Made by a program: the position numbers and the translations under genes. Under the pieces are notes generated by a model. It did no database searches, was not told the DNA's origin, and saw only the letters and a list, made by a program, of their open reading frames with translations. A stretch of 63,619 nt of DNA, the filler included, from Lenisia limosa (lineage: Eukaryota; Protista; Breviatea): NCBI GenBank assembly GCA_001655205.1. It is 12 parts of 12 records of this genome, joined end to end, with 100 filler letters (N's around TTAATTAATTAA, not from the genome) between each part and the next. Parts side by side here need not be neighbours in the genome. Positions count along the whole stretch, not along the records: positions 47,731 to 49,433 come from LPNZ01007950.1; positions 49,534 to 54,265 come from LPNZ01006219.1; positions 54,366 to 59,339 come from LPNZ01002370.1; 9 more parts are not named here. One strand, written 5' to 3'. Of this stretch, positions 47,832 through 58,646 are shown piece after piece (the stretch's first letter is position 1; the number at the start of each line of letters is the position of its first letter).

Positions 47832-49722
47832 ACAATGATTGCATTTCCCTGCGCTGCGTATGTCCCTGGTGGCTTCATGGTATCACATGCCGGTATTCCC
47901 GTATGGGGGGGGGGGGTGTCATTATTATGATTATTATGGAGGGTGAATGGGGCTCAGCTCAGCAGTTGTCCAATTTCAACTACCCCACCATATAAGAATT
48001 CCATTTCAGACTGACGATTTAGGCCTCGCTTCCAATAGATGAACTACAGAGAGTTGACCGTTTCGGCTGGAGAACAGAGGAAAGTCTGCGGGGATACAGG
48101 GCAGAATCAACTGGCCTGTGCTTTTGCGTTTTGTTGTTTTTAACCCTCATGTGTTGCTGCTAGCTAGCCAACAGAGTTGGGTTTTTTTTTATAAATTATC
48201 TCATCCCCACTTACCCCCCACCCCCAGTGTCTCCCATTGCTGAAGCCTTTATTGACGGTTTTCTCTGGAGTGCCTCGTCGAATGAACCTGGTGCCTCCCC
48301 AGGCAAACGAGGAGCGGGGTGGGGGGGGGGGAATCGTTTACATAATGTTTGTAAATAAATGCATTGTTCGTGGAAAATGATAGTTAAAACGTGTTAAAAT
48401 GACCCAAAAAGTGATATGACCAGGATTCAATATGACCGTTAATTGTTCAGGATTGAATACGGTCCTGACGTACTTTACAGTTTCCTTCGAGTCAATGACC
48501 TGGGTGAGTCTCTTTTTTGGATATGTGCACGGATGCACTCTAAGGATTATTTCACTCATATCTTGAACCCATCTATCAGTAGTTACAAACAAAATGGACA
48601 TATTAACCATGGCTCAGCTTTGTAATAGTATACCATATGATATCCAAATAACCACACGTCCTTCTCAGCAACCCCCCCCCCCCNNNNNNNNNNNNNNNNN
48701 NNNNNNNNNNNNNNNNNNNNNNNNNNNNNNNNNNNNNNNNNNNNNNNNNNNNNNNNNNNNNNNNNNNNNNNNNNNNNNNNNNNNNNNNNNNNNNNNNNNN
48801 NNNNNNGGTAAAATTGTGACCGTTCACACGTCCAGCGTTTCGGTAGGAGCGTATTAGAGCTTCCTTGTGTCCAAAAAGACAGGGAAAATATCGATGTATT
48901 GGAGTTTTTTGAGAACTTTAATTCTTGTACCCCCCCTCCCACACACACATTAATCATTACAGAACTCCGACCTCCCTGCCTTCATTGCAATAGAAGCGGC
49001 CAGGCACATTCGCTACTTTTCCCTCTGGAGTGATGATACTGTTCGCGGAATTTTGTTTTAGGGAGGGGATGGAGGACACCACTATTTGTGTAAACCTCCC
49101 CCTCTCCCTACTCTCCCAGGGGAATGACTAATATTACGCTTTCTGTTTCATTTCATTATATTTTAGGGCTGTGTATTTAATTCAACAATTAATTGCAAAA
49201 TTTGAAGTGAGACCTATTGACATGGGAACCTAAATTTCAAATTTTGTCAATTAATTTCTTCTAATTGCCCGAAGTCCTAAATACTATATATCATGCAGAG
49301 TATCATATACTCCGATTTTGTTATACACTTGTTTGTATATTTACGCCAACATCCATTATCGGATTTCCTACTTTTCAGATGGGTTTCTCGCAAACAGAGT
49401 TGATAATGAGCTTTGTTTTTTTTTTTTTTTTTTNNNNNNNNNNNNNNNNNNNNNNNNNNNNNNNNNNNNNNNNNNNNTTAATTAATTAANNNNNNNNNNN
49501 NNNNNNNNNNNNNNNNNNNNNNNNNNNNNNNNNTTATAAGCATCACCCATCAAACCAGTTGAAATTCCAGCTCCGAACATTGTTGTTGGTATTGCTAAAT
49601 CCTTGGTATCTTGCTCAATAACATCACTTTCTTTCCAAATAAAGGTTGTATTGACATTTCAGTCCCGAACGGAGCGGGAGCGTTTAGCCAACTGGTCACT
49701 CGAAACCGCCCCTCCCCCTTGA
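47832..49722 (+). CDS. PPP-family Ser/Thr phosphatase-like protein, C-terminal half, degenerate motifs, one frameshift; the part beyond the 49478 join is tentative
   Basis: Exons 47832-47900, 48010-48083, 48228-48318, 48451-48503, 48580-48621, ..48842 and 48963-: AFPCAAYVPGGFMVSHAGIP..SIDELQRVDRF..IDGFLWSAS..PGKRGAGIEYGPDVLYSFLRVNDLGVVTNKM..GKIVTVHTS. This parallels the PPP consensus LPlaA..HGG..idqI..idR..DlLWSDP..RGag..FG.dv...Fl..N.l..i.RAH..liTvFSAPNY. Confidence 0.7.
48105..48227 (+). repeat. Dispersed repeat family E, filling most of a 144-nt intron
   Basis: ACTGGCCTGTGCTTTTGCGTTTTGTTGTTTTTAACCCTCATGTGTTG..GCCAACAGAGTTGGGTTTTTTTTTTATAAATTATC..CCCCAG. Confidence 0.7.
49164..49279. mobile_element. 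MITE family B, degenerate copy
   Basis: TAGGGCTGTGT...AATTAATTGCAAAATTTGAAGTGAGAC...GAAGTCCTA. Confidence 0.7.
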
Positions 49723-51659
49723 GCAATAGTGGGACATGGAGGGAGATCTTTGTTTTTTGTTTTTTTGGTGGCTTCTAGAGGGAGCTTTCGTTTTGGCTCT
49801 GGAGAAGACCAGATTCTCGACAAGCATCATTTTAACTATCGATAAATTCTCGAACACGAAATAATCCTTGAGAAACAAAAGACCTTTAAGATACAGGATA
49901 CCAGAGACATAATTATCATAAAGACCCTTTACACTACTATGGATTGTAGACTTGCTTCTATTAGGAAAAAAAATATGGATTGTACTTTTTATCAGCCCAC
50001 ACTATCACTGTTTAGAGTCACACGCAACTCCATGATCTTTGAATCATGTTCGTTCTGTTGCTGTTTGGTCAACATTGGAGTCTTAAGGGTGCCCCCATGA
50101 AGGTGTTATTTATTGGTATTTATTTGCGTTAGTTCTTGATGAAGGTTTTAATGGCTTTTGAGTAGTCCAAAGGGTGATTAAAGGGCTGCAGAACATTGGA
50201 TTATATAATCCAATTTCTTTTTTAGCGTAATACTGTGGACGCCTACAGTCAGACTCAGCATTGTTCTCATACTATGCGGCCGTTCAACAATCTGGTTTTT
50301 TCGCTAATTTCTGGTTTTTTCTTGTNNNNNNNNNNNNNNNNNNNNNNNNNNNNNNNNNNNNNNNNNNNNNNNNNNNNNTGAAATACAGTAGAAAACAAAT
50401 CACCCCAAAAATGAAGGATAAACAAAGTCAAGATCATTTTATTTCTAATTTTGCGAGAAAACACAAAATATCTACATCACAAAATATATACATTTTAGAC
50501 TTGTTTTTCTCAACAAAGCGGAAAAAAAAACAAAGANNNNNNNNNNNNNNNNNNNNNNNNNNNNNNNNNNNNNNNNNNNNNNNNNNNNNNNNNNNNNNNN
50601 NNNNNNNNNNNNNNNNNNNNNNNNNNNNNNNNNNNNNNNNNNNNNNNNNNNNNNNNNNNNNNNNNNNNNNNNNNNNNNNNNNNNNNNNNNNNNNNNNNNN
50701 NNNNNNNNNNNNNNNNNNNNNNNNNNNNNNNNNNNNNNNATTTCCCGAGGCTTCAAATTCATTCCCTATCCAATTTTTTTTGAGTTTTGTAATATATTTT
50801 TTTTTACAGTTTTTCAAAACCTTGTGATCTCAAAAAGAAAGCTAGAATTATAGTGTTGCATCTCAAATACCGTCATTGATGTAGAAGAGGCGGTTTTTAC
50901 AACAAAAGGCACGATCGAGGGAGTGATCAGCAGACACCTTGTTATCCGTGAGCAATGGTAAAACTGTCCCAGATCACAGTGGTTGCTCTCGGCCTGTTGA
51001 TTGTCATCTCGCTTGTTGTCTCCATTACATATATCGGCAGAAACAAGATGGTAGGGAGGCGGGGGCTCTATCCGCAATATCAATACAGTCAGTTTCTGNN
51101 NNNNNNNNNNNNNNNNNNNNNNNNNNNNNNNNNNNNNNNNNNNNNNNTGCACAGCAGTAACCGCCGGATCCTATGATTTCGTTGAGGCTTTACTGCAAAA
51201 AGATTCCGAATTTTCTTTGTATATTCAACTGCCAGATTTTGATGAGGCTAGTTTCAATAGCTGCTTTACTGCAAAACGATTCTGATAATGTTTTTTTTTG
51301 ACAAGAGAAAAACTCTACATTCGAAATTTAGGGGGAAAATATAGGGATACCATAAACAAATCACCTCACCAATTTAGCGGTTTGGTATCCGACAGAATGA
51401 TCGTGAGGTACGCGGGGGGGGGGGNNNNNNNNNNNNNNNNNNNNNNNNNNNNNNNNNNNNNNNNNNNNNNNNNNNNNNNNNNNNNNNNNNNNNNNNNNNN
51501 NNNNNNNNNNNNNNNNNNNNNNNNNNNNNNNNNNNNNNNNNNNNNNNNNNNNNNNNNNNNNNNNNNNNNNNNNNNNNNNNNNNNNNNNNNNNNNNNNNNN
51601 NNNNNNNNNNNNNNNNNNNNNNNNCTCTGTAAACAATGAAGGAATCGTCAATCCATTGG

Positions 51660-51856
51660 TATCACTGTGAATTGTTTTCTTCCCTCGGTTTCATACTGCT
51701 ATCCCTGTGAATTGTTTTCTTCCCTCAATTTAATACTGCTATCACTGTGAATTGTTTTCTTCCCTCGGTTTAAGTCTGCTATATCTGTGAATTGTTTTCT
51801 TCCCTCGGTTTAAGTCCTCTATATCTGTGAAGTGTTTTCTTCCCTCGGTATAATAC
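51660..51856. repeat. 40-bp tandem minisatellite, about 5 copies
   Basis: Unit TATCACTGTGAATTGTTTTCTTCCCTCGGTTTAATACTGC. Confidence 0.95.
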
Positions 51857-51870
51857 GGGGAGCTGCAGAA

Positions 51871-51975
51871 GTGACTAGTCTGGGCTTTTGTTGTTCTCAA
51901 CCCTTGTAGTATATTGCCAGCCAACAAAGTTGATTTTGGGCTTTTTTTTTCATAAATTATCCAAGTTTGCCCCCC
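51871..51975 (+). repeat. Dispersed repeat family E copy (others at 57119-57162 +, 59273-59339 +, 59580-59640 -, 63331-63405 -)
   Basis: GACTAGTCTGGGCTTTTGTTGTTCTCAACCC..GCCAACAAAGTTGATTTTGGGCTTTTTTTTTCATAAATTATCC. Confidence 0.75.
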
Positions 51976-52268
51976 NNNNNNNNNNNNNNNNNNNNNNNNN
52001 NNNNNNNNNNNNNNNNNNNNNNNNNNNNNNNNNNNNNNNNNNNNNNNNNNNNNNNNNNNNNNNNNNNNNNNNNNNNNNNNNNNNGCATGTCAACAAAATG
52101 GCACCACATTTGGTGCATAACGCTGACAAATTCCCGCCACCGCAGGTCTGAACTGGAATATATAGAGATGAGAAGTGATTTGGGATGACGGATTAATGCA
52201 TAGGTAAGGCCACACATTATGTAGGTTTTGGTACTACTCTATGATCATATACTCCAATATCTCTTATA

Positions 52269-52432
52269 AGCGTGATTGTGTGGATGGCTTTGGCCAGATA
52301 TATCCTTATTTTTTTATTTCTCATTGCTATATAGCTATATATATATTTAGGCACTATGATTATCTGCGAGTTCTCGTAATAGTATATGATATATGAGTTG
52401 TATCTGACCAAAGCCGTCCACACCATCACGCT
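52269..52432. mobile_element. TIR family C, two-ended non-autonomous element (164 bp)
   Basis: About 34-bp imperfect TIRs: AGCGTGATTGTGTGGATGGCTTTGGCCAGATATA / TGTATCTGACCAAAGCCGTCCACACCATCACGCT. Confidence 0.8.
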
Positions 52433-52774
52433 TCTAGAGATATTGGAGTATAGTATTGAATATTTACCCTTATAACTCTGTATCGTAGTGTGATGATGCT
52501 GGATTATTATACCCTCTACTGCCACTTTCAACTAAACACAATATTTACCAATAGAAAGCAAGTCGTATAATATAATACATATCAGTTGGGTTGGAAAGGA
52601 TTGGATTTCTCGATCAGTTCTCGAAAAATATCGATATTTTTGGGGTTCTTGTTCGGATCGGAGCGAATCCCAAGGTTGAGTGTCTAGTTTTGAGTTACGT
52701 TTTCTCCTTTAATGTTTAGCGCGTAGTTATAAGGCTTAAATATAAACTTACTCGTCATTATTCAAACCACTGAC

Positions 52775-52871
52775 TTGGGCTTCACTCGGTTCGAAAAAGA
52801 CGGTTAAATAAAGAAAGTTTTATGGATTTACTGAAAAAATCAGTATTTTTTTGAACCGAAGTGTAGCCCTA
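52775..52871. mobile_element. MITE family A copy with 7-of-8 TSD (a degenerate copy also at 52586-52673)
   Basis: Flanks CCACTGAC (52767-52774) / CCCCTGAC (52872-52879). Confidence 0.9.
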
Positions 52872-53102
52872 CCCCTGACCCATACAGGAGGGTTTCATCC
52901 CCATTGTCATATATGTGTACAATCGTCCGCAGTACTTTAAGGTTTGTTGTGTAAGTTTTTTTGGGGGGCTTTTTTATGACATAAATTCTCCAATTTACTC
53001 CCCATAGCCTGTACTCGAAGCCCTCAGCCACGTAACTGGCATAAACCAGACTGAATTGGTAGGTTATTAAGAGGGCTTTCAATTGAATTAGTAGGTTATT
53101 AA

Positions 53103-53220
53103 CAGGGCTCCGTGCAATGAATGTGTTGAGGAAATTAATTGACAGAAATAGTGTTCTCGTTACAGTATGTTCTACGTTAAATTTTGAAGTTAATTTTTCA
53201 ATTAATTGCACGGAGCCTTA
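53103..53220. mobile_element. MITE family B, full copy
   Basis: CAGGGCTCCGTGCAAT...AATTAATTGCACGGAGCCTTA. Confidence 0.88.
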
Positions 53221-53481
53221 ACTCATCTAAAAATGGGATGGTATGTTTTGAGTCTCTTAAAATAAAAAGTGAAAAAGCGGTATTGTTGGTCAATTTTTGC
53301 AACTCTAAATGTTGTTGTTTACAAAATACTACCCCCTTTTTAGACTAGCAATTAATTGATCCTTCAAAATCGGGTGCAGTTGTTTTTTGGCGTATGTAAA
53401 TATAAAATAAACAGTGATAAAAGCAGTATTTTTTATGAAATATATTTAAAAGACAAATGCTCCCAATTATGCAGTCACAGA

Positions 53482-53693
53482 TTAACAATAATGTTAACCC
53501 ATATTCACAAGAGATATGATCATATGACCGACTTTCAAGTCGAAATGATGAACGAAGATAACACGAGGGTTCATCCCGAGTGTATCAGGGTATCCTTGAG
53601 ACTTGTCGGTCAATTATCATACGAGTAGATATGATCACTGTGTAAAATGATAGTTCACACGTGTGAAAATGATTCAAAAAGTGATATGATACC
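53482..53693 (-). repeat. Dispersed repeat family D, best-preserved copy
   Basis: Its reverse complement aligns over about 200 bp with 60980-61174. Confidence 0.85.
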
Positions 53694-54979
53694 TATTACT
53701 GACACTTCAGGTTGTCTCTCACGATGGGCTAGTACCCGAAATGGATGACCTTGTTGCGAATATCGACTTTATGAGGGTATGTATGTGTGTATGTGGCTTC
53801 ATATTGATTCTATGACGGTCTATGGCTTCATATCGATATCATTGCAGCTCTCGACTTTGAAGGGCCCTACACATAGAGTAGATTCTCGACTATTGTCTAT
53901 TTTTAAGGATTAATCAGAGTCATTATTCTTTTGGGACCGAAGAAAACAGAGGCTGGATACCATTAACTCCTTAGGTGAGACAAATCATCAATCCCGTCCC
54001 AAGCATACATATTGGCCATGTTAAAGACCTGAAGAATCACTGGATGTTTGTGATGACGTTTCACTGAGAATCTTAACCCTCTAGGTTCCTAACGAAAATG
54101 GCTTTTCAGGAAATTTACCCTTCCGCTCCCCAGATTTTTTTTATGGAAGAAGATCACCTTGTTTCCAAAGACTTTTACAGTGTTTGTGGAGAGAACTGAG
54201 TAGTAGTAAGTGTCTAGTGGAAGTTGTTTGTATGCTATATACCTAATATATATTCTATAATATATNNNNNNNNNNNNNNNNNNNNNNNNNNNNNNNNNNN
54301 NNNNNNNNNTTAATTAATTAANNNNNNNNNNNNNNNNNNNNNNNNNNNNNNNNNNNNNNNNNNNNCATTGTTTTGGTTGAGATGCGATTTCAGAAAACGA
54401 TCTCATAAAAAAATTGTATCATTATTACTCATCTTATATTTTTCACCAACATCACATAATTGATCGCCTTTCACGCTTTAGGAAGTCTCGTGGTACTTTC
54501 CCCAGTGGCAGTGGTGTGGAACGCTTCAATAAGAGTAAGGGGGATTGCGATTTGGGTGATATTGGGAGAAGAGTGTCCTGTACATTGTGGAATATCTTGA
54601 CAACCAATCATATTTCCCTTCAGAAAATTGGTCAGTCAGTGACTATTATCATATTAAAGAGATTCTGATGTGTGTGATTTTGTGATAATTTATATCGTCT
54701 GTTTGAAGGGCCTAAATTATGTCGTTAATTCAATTTTTGGCTGTCTCTTTTTCATGTTTAATTCAACTACAGAAGGACTAATAATGTATTATATCATATC
54801 ATATATATTACTATATACTACATATTATATCTACTATGTGTGGGTTGTTTCAAATGCATATTTACTTCCTTGCACTCATTCCTTACGAATTTAGAATGTG
54901 ATGGCGGCAGCATGCATTGCCATTGGATGCAGGCAAGCAACTATAATACCGTATGCGCTGATAGATATGATATGGCAAG

Positions 54980-55070
54980 TAAGGTTTCACTTGGGTTCGG
55001 AAAAATTTCGATAGTTTTCGAGGATTTATCGAGACATTGAGTCTTTTGTTTGGACCGAAGGGAAGCCCTA
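54980..55070. mobile_element. MITE family A with perfect 8-bp TSD
   Basis: TSD ATGGCAAG at 54972-54979 and 55071-55078. Confidence 0.92.
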
Positions 55071-56160
55071 ATGGCAAGAATTCACTTGACATATGGAGTA
55101 GTACCAATTGATCAACCTTTTGATTTCCTTTTTCACATTGTATAGGTGTCTGATATTCCGAATTCTGTCCATTAGTGGGGTCACCACATTCCCGAAAAAC
55201 AGCCTCAGTACTATTGCTCAGAATCCACGTAACCCTGAAATGTGCGTTTTCGCCTTCTGGGTGTCTTATTGTCGAGAAATCCATTCTTTTCTGTGAAAAT
55301 AGTTACCATTCTTTTCTTACCAAAGCTTCAATTCGTCGTAAATGTCTCTCTTAATCCAATGATGTTCCTATTTTGGCGGCGTGATTAGTTTTTACCATTT
55401 ATACCATGGTGTTGTTATGGTCCATGTTGCAATGTTCACTTTGCTTATTGTTCCAGCGTCGCGAAGTTCTATAAGCTGGTTCAAAGCTTTCACTTCTGTC
55501 TTCAGCCTTCATGTGGGAGGGTATTACATCTTTGAGACATTTAATTTATTCATGATGGGCTCAATATGGAATCTCCAACAGCAAATTCATTTTGCAATGA
55601 TCCTATTTCTCCGAAAGAAGATTGGATTGTTTCTTAACTCCGTAGACCGACACCTTGTTGTGATGCTATCCTCTGCACATTTGGCCCACACCACATTAGT
55701 CATGCGAAATTCCACTTTTGGTGAGACCCTACGAACAGTCAAATAATGCCCTCCCCCCGCTTTTTTCTTGTACCTCCTCGAACAGTCAAATAATGCCCCC
55801 ATAAATCGATATAGTCTACCACTCCTACTGATCGGTTTTTGCGGTGACAGCGATGACAGTATAGGAACGGGCTCGTCCACCTTCATTTTGTCCATTAAGC
55901 CTGACGTGGAAGAAGTGGAGGAAGAGATTGTGGTCAAAGAAAAGAAGAAAAAGCCAGTATGGTGGCGGGATTTAACCCGGATTCTGGTGGTTGTGGGGTA
56001 ATTCGCGCTCGCATGCACTTCAATGTGGCGATTTACTTTCAAGGAGGTTCAGTTTGAGACTCTTTATTAAGTTCTTGTATGGATTTTCTTCAAAAATTAA
56101 AGCTGATATTGCCTTCGTAATCATCCATATTCTCAATTATAAACGGTACTCACCCTTTAG

Positions 56161-57722
56161 ACCACCATCATGCTAAAACTCTACAAACCTGATGACGATC
56201 ACCCTCCTCCGCCACCGCCCCCAAGTTCAGCTGTAAGTGGGCTGAATAAACCAACATGATTGCAACTATTTTTGTTCCTTTGTGAGTGTAAATTATCATG
56301 TGATGAAGTAAAACAGAATTCTGTCTTATTCTAACCCTTGTTGGTTCCAAATGAAGAAGAGGATGATCCTCGGAACCCTGGCACTCCCAGAAAACGAAGA
56401 AGAAAATCAGTTAACTATGCGGTATGATTTTTTATTGTTTGTTTTATTGTAACAAATGGATCGATATCAGTTTTCTTATTTTGCTATTTCTGATTTTTGA
56501 TCATGACCTGTTCTTTTATTCATAAGAGACCTTAAATCGTTAATTTTGTCACAAATCGACTTGATTTAACGAAGGCGTTTTTCATAATTCAGGCGCTAAT
56601 CGGCGGGGAAGACGACTTCAGATGGCATGCCAACATTGAGGAGGAATACCGGCCGAAGGAACGCGAAAGCAGTACTTGGGGGGGACGTTATTTTGAACTA
56701 TTAGATTTATAAAATCAGAATAATATCAAAGAAATTTGGTCTGATGAATTGTAGAGCCAACCCGCGACTCCTCTCCAATCATGGCTGAAAAGAAAGCCAA
56801 ACGTACACAGCCAATCCACGTGACTATTCCTGTGGCATCAGCATCCCCAGGTTTGCATTATCCTTAATATTGAAAGTACACAAACTGCTAATCATCAGAG
56901 TTAAATTGATTTCAAAGTAAATTACTTATTTATGAGATATCATATCTTTCTAAGTGTTATAATAATCCGCATTAGGAAAGAAGTTTTGAAACAAAAATCT
57001 GAGTACCTTAGCTACCAACTGGTTATTTTTATACAACACAAATATTCCGTGTGTATCAGAGACTCGGTACATATTTAAGACATAATCCAAAAAAGTAAAA
57101 CTGCATTCTACACTCCGCAGATTGATTTGGGGCTTTTTTGTTCTGTCAATTTACACCCCCAGGATTCCCGTTCTCCGCCGGCCACGCCATTCTGGAGCCC
57201 CTCCTGGCAGCCTTGGCCGACCTTGGGCCGGACTTTCAGGAGGCGGTTGGAGCTATGTACCCGAGTGTCCTTGAGGGCGAGGGGATCGGTGAGGCGGTTG
57301 GAGCTATGTACCCGAGTGTCCTTGAGGGCGAGGGGATCGGTGAGGCGGTTCTTTTTTGAACAAGAGAAATAATATAGGAAAGCTCTGTTGTTTTCGTACA
57401 GGATTATTGTTCATTTCCAATGAGTTCTTTCCTCCTTCTTCCTGTACCTGCTTTTTGTGTAACTTTGTAGACGACTTCGCCCGAAGCTGTTCTCCTTTAC
57501 TCCCTCCAGCATTTTGCGTATCGTAAGCGGCGTTAAAATTCTTTGCAGGGGACTAGGTTAGACCCACTAGGGTTGTTTACTGCTAAAATCAACTGTATAT
57601 TCACCATGGTTTGTTTCAACGACACTTAGTAAAAATGGCCATATGCCCTGTTACGATTTCCGTACTTCCCTGGATTTGAGGAACAGATATCTCAAAGCGC
57701 CCCATAACGCTTCACTGAATTA
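56161..57722 (+). CDS. Multi-exon gene or pseudogene of unknown function with a basic NLS-like motif
   Basis: In-phase exons PGTPRKRRRKSVNYA / ALIGGEDDFRWHANIEEEYRPKERES / PTRDSSPIMAEKKAKR..ASP / GFPFSAGHAILEPLLAALADLGPDFQEA; one acceptor appears mutated (CCAA at about 56350). Confidence 0.4.
57240..57350. repeat. Perfect 51-bp tandem duplication
   Basis: 57240-57290 is identical to 57291-57341, followed by a 9-bp partial unit. Confidence 0.95.
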
Positions 57723-57750
57723 GGCAATTTATCATCAACTATAAAGGAGG

Positions 57751-57950
57751 GATGTATTCATGAATAAATATAAAATGTCATGCAAAATATGATGTATTCA
57801 TGAATAAATATAAAATGTCATGCAAAATGGTATGATGTTGCTGTGATATATAAAATGTTATGCAAAATTTTAAGATGTTTATAAAATGTCATGCAATGGT
57901 ATAATGTTGCTGTGATATATCAAATGTCATGCAAAATGGCTGCTCTGATA
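57751..57950. repeat. Degenerate AT-rich minisatellite (about 40-bp unit)
   Basis: GATGTATTCATGAATAAATATAAAATGTCATGCAAAAT x2, then decayed units. Confidence 0.8.
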
Positions 57951-58549
57951 TAGCGACCCCTTCTTATCCTGGTTTAGGTATGAGATTTGGCATGCGCATT
58001 GCGATGCCGCCGGCGCAGTGAGAGACTGGGGCAGAGCGGAACAGTTTTACGCTACATTGGCGCGATTATTACCACTTTGCGTCACAAGAGTGAGAATGGG
58101 TGTTCTAAGAATCGCGTTTTTGGGCTATAAAATAAAGAAATTTGAAGATTTTAATCAATGGACAAGAGATGATGTACACATAGCGTTACCAAACCACTTT
58201 TGCATACCCCCACTTGGTGCATTTATCGCTGATTGTCCAGATTGGTAGTCATACCCACCAGGAGCTGGCAGTCGGCCATCTTGCCAACGCCGCAGTAAGC
58301 CATATGATATGCTTTTAGCTCTATAGCTCTCCTAATCTTTCCTATAGTTTTATTTTTGCGTAGCTTCTCCCACAATTATGAACTTAACTGCAAAACAACA
58401 ACAATAATAAATCGTCTTTGTTTCTATGCTGTAGAATCGACTGCATTTTGTTATATTTAAACAATCTTGAGTGTTTCAGGTCTTGCGAACGTATTTGATT
58501 ATGAGCTCTTAAATTTTTTCCCTCCCTCCCCACATAATATTCCCCCAAC

Positions 58550-58646
58550 TGGGGCTTTAATTCGGTTCAAAAAAAAAGACTGAATTTCTCGATAAATCCT
58601 CGAAAACTATCGATATTTTCCCGAGTTTTTTTGAACCGAAGTGAAG
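58550..58646. mobile_element. MITE family A copy (a partial copy also at 59899-59963)
   Basis: GGGGCTTTAATTCGGTTCAAAAAA...TTTGAACCGAAGTGAAG. Confidence 0.85.

Noticed and set aside
51148-51300. Additional ankyrin exon (AVTAGSYDFVEALLQ)
   Set aside because: Only a partial resemblance between gaps; no TPLH-like start and no joinable exons
50261-51651. ORF-track calls with long X runs (also 10782-11183, 48583-48957, 59384-59901, 63092-63409)
   Set aside because: Their length comes from N-gaps; there is no coding evidence
57240-57350. Minus-strand LGYIAPTAS microtubule-binding-like repeat
   Set aside because: That frame stops right after the repeat, and the plus strand has the phase-compatible exon chain
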